DNA of 64,000 nucleotides from Octopus vulgaris (Eukaryota): NCBI GenBank assembly GCA_951406725.2, contig OX597823.1, positions 72,850,001 to 72,914,000 of the forward strand, read 5' to 3'. Shown piece by piece: positions 54,229 to 64,000 of this stretch (position 1 is its first letter; each line of letters starts with the position of its first letter). The notes under the pieces were generated by a model. It saw only the letters and a program-made list of their open reading frames with translations, ran no database searches and was not told where the DNA came from. The position numbers and the translations under genes were made by a program.

Positions 54229-54387
54229 CTTATATATACATAAAGAAAAGAAAGTGGAGGGAGAAGGCACGTTAAAGAGAGACTTGGAAAGTATTCCTTT
54301 CTTATACTAATAGCAAAATGTGCAATGAAAATGGAAACTGTCTCGTTGGATGACTTTCAAGCCAAGCAATTGAAAACCAGACCAAAC

Positions 54388-54484
<97 letters not shown>

Positions 54485-54918
54485 ATTTATATATTTATAT
54501 ATATATGTGTTTGTATGTGTATGTGTGTGTGATATGAAATACGCATATGCCAATAAATGACAGCAAACTATTCTCCTTTAACAATATTGAAATTACATCA
54601 AAGTCTGTACGGCTATCTGGGCACTATCTGTCTGAACGTTATTCTATATGAAATAAAGTCAATAACATTGGAACATAAAAAAACATCTAACGGTCAGGAT
54701 ATCCGATTGCGATCTGACACAATAAGGAATCGACAACGTCAACAAAATATAATCACTTATGATAAATAAATATCAGAACATAATAGGCTAGTTATGCAAT
54801 TGTCTGTGGATATCGATTCGTTTTAGTGTGTTTCTGCCCAGAGATAGGCAGAGAAGTAAGCATTCCTCCTATCCCTCTTAAATGTTATACTGTATGCTAC
54901 ACTATTGCCAGTTCTTAC

Positions 54919-54952
54919 GGTGATTGACGGCTCTTGCTTCTAGTTCCACCAA
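54919..54952 (-). CDS. Candidate 34-nt exon completing a signal peptide (LVELEA|RAVNH, phase 0 to 1)
   Basis: Acceptor ttctcatcttactcacttcag, donor C|gtaaga; in frame with 56159-56212. Confidence 0.5.
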
Positions 54953-56158
54953 CTGAAGTGAGTAAGATGAGAACTGAGAAGAATCAATTTTCCCAAGTAT
55001 TGATTCAAGTATTAAATGCATCTAGTTGTTCGATTTTATCGTTGATAATTGATACAAAAGGAAGAAAAAAATCCTGCAAACGGATATTATTACTTCTACA
55101 ATAAATGTATCAATAAGTGTCAAACATATTACATGATTCCAGAATGTCATAGATAAATATAAAAGAGATCAGATATTGATAAACAGGCTCATGAAATCAA
55201 TAAAATGAAATAATATTGACGTATTTTTCAAGAATTTTGAAATATGATTACATGTTACTCCGCATTTTAAGCACAAATCTGAATCGTTTGAAAACTCACA
55301 AATACTCAGATACACTTAGAAATATCAATATATTTCTCTCTTCGTAATTTCAGATATCAAATTATGTATTCTGCCAAAATATTTGATGTAAATTAGATAT
55401 GGTAATTTTCATTGTCCTACGCATACTAAACCAACATTTTTGGCTATTCTAAATTTACATGTCTTCTTTTCTGTTTCGCCTTGATCTTTTATGCTTCCTT
55501 TTCCTCTTAAAAGATAAGTGATATCTGGGAATTTTCTACTTAAACATCCTTGGTAGTTTCAGAAATCTGCATTATTCTGAAACTGTACAGTTCCATACTA
55601 TATGTTTGTCGCCACGCAGTATGTGTTACTGTATAATGTATTACAATGCAACAAGAATCAGTTAATCTTTTCTGTAGATTCTAAATATAAACTGCAGAAA
55701 CGTAAATTTAATATATTATAATAGAGCTTCGATAAGAATGATAACGAGGACTAATTTTGAGTAAAATTCAGTAAGTAGAGAGAAATATAATCAATTTAAA
55801 CTTTAGCAATATACGTTAATCATAGTTACATTGTCAATTTAACAATTACACATTCATTAGTCATTTTACTTAAATCCCGCACACAGGGAAATTTGAATAT
55901 CATATAGATGTCTATTTATTTGTAAGCGGAGAAACCATTGATGTAGTGAGCGCAAATTGTGGAAGGTAAAATATAAGTTGTTTCGTATTTTAGTAAATTT
56001 TGAAAATAAAATACAATAAAATGATATATAGTCTAATAGGGAAAATGAAAAGAGATGTAAAATGAAGTTTGAATAATAAATGAAAATATATATCCCGGAA
56101 ATCTGTGGGCGCAACATTTCTCTGATAACACACTATTTAAACGCTCATGTACCATTAC

Positions 56159-56212
56159 CATAAAAACCAGCGTGCTGGTGATAATTATAGAGTGCACATA
56201 TCTCGGCGCCAT
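56159..56212 (-). CDS. Candidate first coding segment MAPRYVHSIIITSTLVFM (in exon 56159-56476) of a secreted protein or peptide
   Basis: Strong acceptor ttgttttctttttccag at 56477, Kozak aagATGG at 56212, donor ATG|gtaatg; non-repetitive sequence; signal-peptide n/h-region pattern. Confidence 0.5.
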
Positions 56213-56679
56213 CTTCCCAGGCTTTCTCTCTCCAGAATCTGAGCTCAACAGACATGAAGCTTCAACACTAGTTTTGCATGTACAGCAGTCTGAAAGAAGA
56301 GTTACATATCAATGTAAACCAAGTTTGCAGTCTGAAATGTTTGCGACCTCAGCACACCCCTGTACGGCTGTGAAGCTTGTATCATCTATGCCAGAGACAA
56401 ATCTTTCCTTTTCTGGAGAAAGGGGTCGCTTACACGGGATTTCGATGTCACATTCGTTGAAAGCATGCAAAATAACCTGGAAAAAGAAAACAAATCTACG
56501 AAACAAAACTCCGTTGCTGGGAAACTCAGACGTTTCCGGTGACCTAACGGGTCACGGATTATCTACTCAATATATATTTATGCAGGTTATTCGGGATAAA
56601 TTTGACAATTTGCATACCTTCAATTTTTAGGAACAGCTTGATATGTTGTTGAACATATTTATGTATGTATATATATTCG

Positions 56680-57082
56680 TTGAGGTAACGTACAAGTGAC
56701 TGAGCACAACAAAGCATACACGTAACGTAGTTTTCAGGAAGATTCAACGGTTCAAAAGACGTGGAAAGCCTGGGCCTTTGCAATACAGGCACTACTCAGT
56801 TCAGAGGACTGGAGCAATGTGAAATAAGGTGTCTTGCTCAAAGATACAAAGCGCCGCTGATAATCGAAATCACATCCTTCCGATCGTGAGCCAAGCACTG
56901 TAACCAATAAAACACGCGCTTTTACATATATATAGAAAATATTCTTTTCTACTCTAAGCGTAAGGCCCGAAATTTGGAGAGAGGGGACCAGTGGATTAGA
57001 TCGACTCCTGTACGCAAATGGCACTTAATTTATCGACCCCCAAAAGATGAAAGGCAAAGTCGACCTCGGCAGAATTTGAACG
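56680..57082 (-). mobile_element. SINE family 1 copy (56680-56922) and family 3 3' part (56940-57082)
   Basis: Reverse complements match the 10329 and 14019 copies. Confidence 0.8.
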
Positions 57083-57239
57083 CAATACAAATAGAAAAAA
57101 ATATATATGCATATACGTATGTTTGTGTGTTTATGTATGTATGTATGTATGTATGCATGTATGTATGTATGTATGTATGTATGTATGTATGTATGTATGT
57201 ATGTATGTATGTATGTATGTATGTATGTATGTATGTATA

Positions 57240-58000
57240 TAGTGTGTCCGGCCTAAAATTCACAATATTTCTATCTCTTTTAAGAAGGAACAGCTTGATA
57301 TTTTCCTTTATGTGTTGGAGAACATATATATTGATGTTGCAGATGAAAGTTAACTGATATGGAGGATAGAAAACCATCTAAATATTGTATAAGCGTTACA
57401 TGTATTATGAGGATTCGCGCTGCATATCAAAATGGTCACGTCACGACTGCAGTTCAATGCTTTGTGAATACTATAAATATTGTAAGAATTGACCTGGGCA
57501 GCTGCAACGGAGACTACAAAGTCCCGTCCAGCAAAAAAGGACACAGCAGACATTCTGTATACATCCGTACGCCGGAGTCAGTCACCACATAATTGAACAG
57601 GACCTGGAGCTCAATTGACACAGCTATGGAAAGCTATTGGAAATTATGTTCAATTCCTCGCCGGAGAGGACTGCTACTGGATGGTCATATGTGTTGCAAC
57701 AAGATTCGATTCTTTGCCATATCTTTGGAAAAATTTATAATCGGTTGTCGGAAAATGTCTCCAACTTCACAAGCCCCATTTTCTGGCCTTTTACTTTTTT
57801 CCATTTCAATTTCACTGATTATTAAACGTGAGACACGGTTGAGAAAGACGCTAAGCACTCTCTGTACAGCAGCAAAACCGATCTGGTACTAAGATCGAGA
57901 AGCTGTCCGAGTACATTCCCTTGGATACAGTTAAGGATGCAAGATTTTGGAGCCGTCGAGAAGCCATGTTGGAAGCTAAGTGCGAGGACTTTGTGTTAAC
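57240..58000 (+). mobile_element. Decayed Tc1/mariner-superfamily (maT/DD37D-like) transposon
   Basis: YVLQQDSILCH..LSEN..FTSPIFWP..FNFTDY..VEKD corresponds to QQDSAPCH..WPPNSPD.NP.DY. Confidence 0.7.
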
Positions 58001-58098
58001 TGTTATCACCTAGAAAAATTCTAGTTGAAAGATTTTGACTTTTTAAAAGTTTTACTTTTGGATGTGTGTGTGTTTGTGCGTGTAGGTGTGTTTGTGTG

Positions 58099-58161
<63 letters not shown>

Positions 58162-58162
<1 letters not shown>

Positions 58163-59022
58163 GAGGTCTGATCAATAAGTAAGCAGACTGTTGACGTAGT
58201 AACGAAGCTAAAACACGCATAGTGAAGCCGCTTGGCACACATTCACTTTGAACTCTGCTGTACATACGCACTAAATGTTAACTCTAGCTCACTTCCGCTT
58301 GGAAGGAAGATGTGTAGCGTGTGATCATCTCATTGACCATCACACAGAAAGTTGTCATGGCGATACCAGTTTAGAGGCCTATGCATAGTTGCAGAAAGTG
58401 TATGGAGAGGAGTGCATGAGCTGTACACAAGTGTACGTGTGGTTTAGACGTTTCCAAGATGGCCGAAAATATGACGATATTTATTTTTTATTGTTCACAA
58501 GGGGCTAAACATAGAGGGGACAAACAAGGACAGAAAAAAAAAACATGACGATATTGACGAACATTCTGAGAGAGCTGCAACCAACGGAACTGAGAAAAAC
58601 ATTGCAGATGTGCGTGCAGCTGTGAGAGGAAATCGTCGAATCACCATCCGTAAGTATCAGAGGATGTGCAGATTAGTTACGGTTCAATTCAGTCTATTAT
58701 CACCGAAGATTTGGACATCAGACGTGTGTCAGCCAAGCTTGTGCCAAACCTGCTTTCAGATGACGAAAAGGACCCACGGGTTTCAGTTGCACAAGTTATA
58801 CTTGATTGTGTCGATAACGATGAAAATTTGTTGAAAAGTTTGCGTAGGTCTCTGAGCAGGTATCACTAAGCTTTTGGCAAATCTTGATGCAGATTCTTTG
58901 CTCAACTTTCTCTGTCGTGGTCAATGCGACAATCGCACGTTACACGCCTTCATTCCAAGCTCTTCTGTAAACAGCGGACGTGAGCTAGAGCGTCAAATCT
59001 TAGTGCACAAGCTACAGCCGCA
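58162..59022 (+). mobile_element. Mariner-derived element with an inverted duplication of its 5' region
   Basis: TA-CGAGGTCTGATCAATAAGT end; WFRRFQDGR, NRRITIR, RRVSAKLVPNLLS; 58830-59022 is the reverse complement of about 58255-58400. Confidence 0.8.
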
Positions 59023-59563
59023 GCAGCACATGAAGTTTTTGCAGGAAATAGATGACGTGATTATCTCTGCTAATGCGATAAAGAAAATTTTGGGAATGTG
59101 GGAAAAACTTTCAGACTCTATTCAAAAGAAACTCCTAGGAAATATTTCAACTGTGCGTTATTATCAAAAACATCTGTAGATGTAAGTGAGAAAAGCGGAG
59201 CGGTAAGGGAATAAAATCAGCGAATAAGATTCAGTTATTCCATTTTAAACATTTCTCCTCAAAATCAAGTCATCAGCATCCTCAGATTGTGTGATTTCCA
59301 AGGAAAATGCTGTACATTATACTTAATAAAACAAGTTTATTTCAGTACATTCTATTTTTTAAATACAATATTCGTTATTTATGAGTACATTTTTCTTATT
59401 TAAAAAAATATAACAAGAAAATTGCAATGATGTTTGCGGGGCCCGGAACGGATTAATGACATTTCAATAAATTTCAATGGGGAAATTACTCGTGTGTCAA
59501 ATCAATTTTCCCCATTGAAATTTATATATATTTATATATATATATATATATACATCTCTCTCA

Positions 59564-59648
<85 letters not shown>

Positions 59649-60101
59649 TGTATATATATAGTAAGAGAGTAAGAGAGAAAGAGAGAGAGAAATTGACAGA
59701 GTGAAAGAGAGAAATAGCCACGTCTTTTCTGGGGACTGGAATATAAACTAAATCCACCCGTAAGCGGTTTCTCCTGTCATATTTAATATTTAATATTTCG
59801 AAAGCATTCAATAACGTGTTTATATCAACTTTATTAGAATAGCTTTGTAATACTTCATATAGATTAAGCACGACAGACAATTTGTTGGGAAAGTAGGTCG
59901 AATACATTCCGTTTCCGTGGCGATTATAAACCTAGAAATCTTATATTAGCGCCCAAAACCGAAGTAATGTATTTTTGAATCGTACAACTTGCAATCATAT
60001 ATAAAGGTTCATGATTGTTTATTTACATTCAAACCCGCTGGGACAAGATACATTGTTCTATATATCTATGCGTGTGTACACACAATCACACACACACACA
60101 C

Positions 60102-60170
<69 letters not shown>

Positions 60171-60374
60171 CACACACATACACACATAAACAGCCATGTG
60201 CAACGTTTTACTATATATGGAAAATATAATTGTTATTAGACGTGAATAAAGGTGTCGAGACAGCTACATTGCTAGAAATAAGAGCTAAAATGCCTCAATG
60301 CTATGGGAAAAGCAGATAAATGTATGCATATATGCTGATAGAGGATCTGTCGTCCAAAGCACCGTCTCAAGAAT

Positions 60375-60427
60375 TCCTTAGACAGGGCGTCCAGTTTCGG
60401 TTATTTCCGTAGCCTCTTCAGTAAGGA
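60375..60427 (-). ncRNA. Canonical type-I hammerhead ribozyme with a GUC site
   Basis: TCCTTA-CTGAAGA-GGCTA-CGGAAA-TAACC-GAA-AC-TGG-ACGC-CCT-GTC-TAAGGA: 6-bp stem I, complete core, closed stem III. Confidence 0.85.
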
Positions 60428-60550
60428 CAACTCGTTCGCCACACTCCAGGCTTAATCCTCCGTCAGCAAATATGTATTTATGTGCTTTTATTTCAGTATT
60501 AAAGCATTTTAGCTCTTCTTCTAGCAAGTATATATATATGTGTGTGTCGA

Positions 60551-60606
<56 letters not shown>

Positions 60607-60617
60607 ATGTGTGTGTG

Positions 60618-60653
<36 letters not shown>

Positions 60654-61399
60654 CATATATATATACGTATATATATATATATATATATATGCATACATAC
60701 ATATATATGTATATATGCACAAATATATATACACACACATATATATATGTATGTATCTATGTATCTATAAATATTTATATATATGCATATATACACACAT
60801 ATACATACGTATATATATATATATGTATATGTGTGTCTATGTGTGTATGTGTGTATGTATGTATGCGTATAGGAATGTATATATGTTTTTATGTATGTAT
60901 ATATGTATGTTTATATGCAAGTGTGCTTGTACATAGAATGAAAGACAATATATTGTGTATAGTAGGGCAATCATAGCAGATGTTTTCTGTCTCGAAATTT
61001 AATTCACAGGAACTCACTGGGTCAATCATTATCATGATAGGTATCTTCACTGTCGTCAGCATCTAGAACACCAGTAACTGTAGTTCATTATCACCATCGT
61101 ACACGCAGCCTTACACGGCACGATAATCACTCACTGTACCAGCTTGTACAGTAGCAGCATTGACTCTGTCATCCACATTGATTGCACTGTTTGATAACGA
61201 GTAAGATGTATAGCAAAGTACGCTAGAATGATTCCCATTACGGAAAAGCGTCGTGCAAACCACGCGGTGATGTTGGCAAGGTAACGATGACAGCATGGTC
61301 AACATACAGTGTTGTTTATTAATATGAAATGAATACACTGAAGTCAGATCGTAAAGTTAATATGTATGTATGCTATTCAGTCGATCTTGATAGAATTGC

Positions 61400-61554
61400 A
61401 TTTGGCGATTGCAGTGATATTGGTATTGCCGGCGTCGGAGCTGGTGATGTTGATGATGATGACGATGATGATGATGATGATGATGACGACGACGACGTCA
61501 ACGATGATGATAATGATGATAGTGGTGTTGGTGGTGGTGATGGTGATGATGATA

Positions 61555-61593
<39 letters not shown>

Positions 61594-62560
61594 GTGAAGA
61601 TGATGATGACGATGATGAGGATGATGATGATGGCGATTGTACTGGTGGTGGGGAGATTATGGCCATGGTAATGATGATGTGAAGGAAGAAGAATAGAGGA
61701 AGTATCAAAAGCAACATGAAAAATACGATCACGTGATTTCTTAACGACGTTTCGTAGGATCCTATTTTTTCGATGTGTCCCCCCCCCCGCACTGTCTATG
61801 GTAGTAGAGCAGAATTTTAGGGAGATTTCGTTGTTATAGTTAAAAAGGTCGAACGATTGCTTAGATACTCTGTTTTGATTAGTCATGATGTCGATGATGA
61901 TTGTGATAAGGCTGATGATGACAGTTTAATGATAGTTTTGATAAAATGCTGATATCAATGTCAATGCTAATAACGCAGCGGTTGATGACTTTTGCCGTTA
62001 TTGTTATGATTGTAGGGATGCGGTTGATAGATGTGAGGCTGATAGGAACAGTGACGTCCATGCTTATCATAAAGTCACAAGGGAATTTATACTCAGATGG
62101 AAACAACATTATCATAATGATAGTAACGGTGTTGGTGTAGATGATGGATGAGTCTGTAATTGTGGTAGAGATTGTAGTGGTGGTAGTGGTAGTAGTGGTA
62201 GAGTTAATGCTTTGGTAGGTTAGTAATATTGTTCTTAATGGTAGTAATGAAACAGAGATAGCCACGGTCTTGTACATGACGTTGTCGATGCTAAAGAGTT
62301 TTGAACGTGTGATGGTGTTGATGAATATGTAAGATTGTCTTCTTGTGGTATTATTTTTGTTGTACGTTCGATTAATCTTGATTTCCTTCTTATGGCATTC
62401 TATCGTTGACAGTAGTTTAGTTGATGTTACTAGAAGAATTGTAAACAATTGTTTCGTGTTTGTAGTATATTTTCAGTCTTGGTTAGCCACACTGTTATTA
62501 CTTATAATCATTTAAGTGCTGGTGGCACTTATTGCTAATGGTGTTAGTGTAGCGTTAGTT
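61400..62560. repeat. (GAT)n/(GGT)n triplet tract grading into a decayed cryptic triplet repeat
   Basis: Three-base periodicity; low-complexity ORFs in several frames. Confidence 0.75.
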
Positions 62561-62604
62561 TCGATACTGATGTGACTAGTAAAGGCAATCATGAACGAAG
62601 AAAA

Positions 62605-63005
62605 TATTCTTTTCTACTCTAGACACAAAGCCCGAAATTTGGGGGGAGGGGACCAGTCGATTACATCGACCCCAGTACGCAAAAGGTACTTAAGTTATCT
62701 ACCCCGAAAGGACGAAAGGTAAAGTCGCCGTCGGCGGAAGTTGAACTCAGAACATAAAGACAGACGAAATACCTATTTCTTTGCTAACCATAAGGGGCTA
62801 AACACAGAGAGGACAAACAAGGACAGACAAACGGATTAAGTCGATTATATCGATCCCAGTGCGTAACTGGTACTTATTTAATCGACTCCGAAAGGATGAA
62901 AGGCAAAGTCGAATTCGGCGGAATTTGAACCTAGAACGTAGCGGCAGATGAAATGCCGCTAAGCATTCTGCCCGGCGTGCTAACGTTTCTGCCAGCTCAC
63001 CGCCT
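62605..63005 (-). mobile_element. Two head-to-tail SINE family 3 copies with different 3' tails
   Basis: Full copy 62775-63005 (GGCGGTGAGCTGGCAGAAACGTTAGC head) followed by a 5'-truncated copy 62605-62772. Confidence 0.85.
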
Positions 63006-63180
63006 TGGGTACGATAAAAAAATTGCTAACAAGATAAAGAAACTTATCTTTTTGTCAATGGTAGTAATAATTATTGTTTCTAGAATTGAAACACGTAAGA
63101 ATGATTGAATTTTAAATGAGCTAAATCCCTTCCTTTAATCTAATTTTCATTCATTTTATAAAAACAATATAAACCATACG

Positions 63181-63452
63181 GTTGTGTCTGGGGAGAGTCA
63201 GTTTCTTTTTGCACTTTATAATTTAACAGACTCACCGGTAAAATTTCCACTGATCTCTTATTTTTATGTTTCTAAAATTGTCGTTGCGTCTTGCAACCTT
63301 TTCAATAGTTTTCGAGAGTCAAGACTACTGAAGAGGTTGCAAGACGCAACGAAAATTTTAGGAAAATAAAAATATGAAATTTGTGGAAATTTTACCTGTG
63401 AGTGTGTAAAATGATAAGGCATAAAAAGAAAATGGCTCTCCCCAGACACAAC
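63181..63452. repeat. Inverted repeat with about 130-bp arms (63181-63309 / 63324-63452), each carrying a hammerhead motif
   Basis: GTTGTGTCTGGGGAGAG..CTCTCCCCAGACACAAC ends; arms read as reverse complements. Confidence 0.9.
63325..63361 (+). ncRNA. Minimal hammerhead; inverted partner at 63272-63308 has a U3-A8 core
   Basis: CTA-CTGAAGA-G-GTTGC-AAGAC-GCAAC-GAA-AATT-T-TAG. Confidence 0.65.
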
Positions 63453-64000
63453 AGAATATGCTTCATCACACGAACTCAAATAAAAAATCATGCAAAACAA
63501 ATCCAAAAACGAAATGTAAACCATGCTGTTGTCAAACGGAAATTTAGAGAAATTTTATAGAATATCACCGCAAGATCATTTTACTAGGCAGTTCCATGGC
63601 CCTGCCATATAGTATTAGTCATGTCGTTTAGTTTACGCAATACTATATGTGGTAAGTATGGTATTGAGCTGAAGCTGTGTTGAAGGCGGGAGTGGGAGTG
63701 TGAGTAGGCCCTGTCCGGAGTCCCTTAGTACGGAAGTGCTGAAGAAAGCATGCGCAGCGGTGATAGGAAGAGGTCAGAGGGCAACCGGACAGCGTGAAGG
63801 CAAGAGTGTGTGCACAACGAAGAGAAGAGAACGCCCACATGGGTAGTGAGAGAACGCTCCCTCCAGATCGACAGGTAAGGAAGCCTAAATTGTCCTTTTT
63901 TCTAATTTCCTCTTCATACCACAAGCTATTTTAGCTCATTGCGTAGCGCTCAAAGGAAAAAAAAAACTAGTTTTCAGCGGTAAAATATGGCATCGAAAAT

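Noticed and set aside
59467-59525. 19-bp inverted repeat ATAAATTTCAATGGGGAAA
   Set aside because: Most likely an internal remnant of a pogo/Tigger-type MITE; no ends or ribozyme core visible
61744-61780. GAAACGTC with TAG/CTA hairpin on the minus strand as another hammerhead
   Set aside because: Core box and stem I too degenerate to count
61879-62448. 189-aa Thr/Ile-rich ORF
   Set aside because: Decayed triplet repeat; stop-poor by composition
63643-63924. GC-rich 93-aa ORF, possibly a retroelement 5' region
   Set aside because: No diagnostic motif recognised

Overview
Very AT-rich, repeat-saturated eukaryotic DNA. The SINE and LINE families and the dense microsatellites resemble an octopus (cephalopod) genome; this is an inference from recalled repeat families, not a database result. 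Almost all ORFs in the supplied track are microsatellite artefacts. Recognisable content: about 8 fragments of R4/Dong-type (RT + restriction-like endonuclease) non-LTR retrotransposons, most abutting (TAA)n tracts; Penelope-like elements (RT + GIY-YIG); a full-length decayed mariner plus other Tc1/mariner, hAT and Helitron remnants; a CR1-like 3' end; and at least three tRNA-derived SINE families. Two signals stand out. (1) About 12 type-I hammerhead-ribozyme motifs from about 7 short repeat families. Several lie in divergent inverted arrangements, one pair shows C3-G8/U3-A8 core covariation, and one family carries a tRNA-Thr-like Pol III head (candidate hammerhead SINE or retrozyme, possibly mobilised by Penelope elements). 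(2) A candidate minus-strand host gene for a small secreted peptide, with a signal peptide split over two exons (56.2 kb, 54.9 kb) and a possible phase-compatible micro-exon chain at 31.3-32.1 kb. Element boundaries were read by eye and may be off by a few bases.
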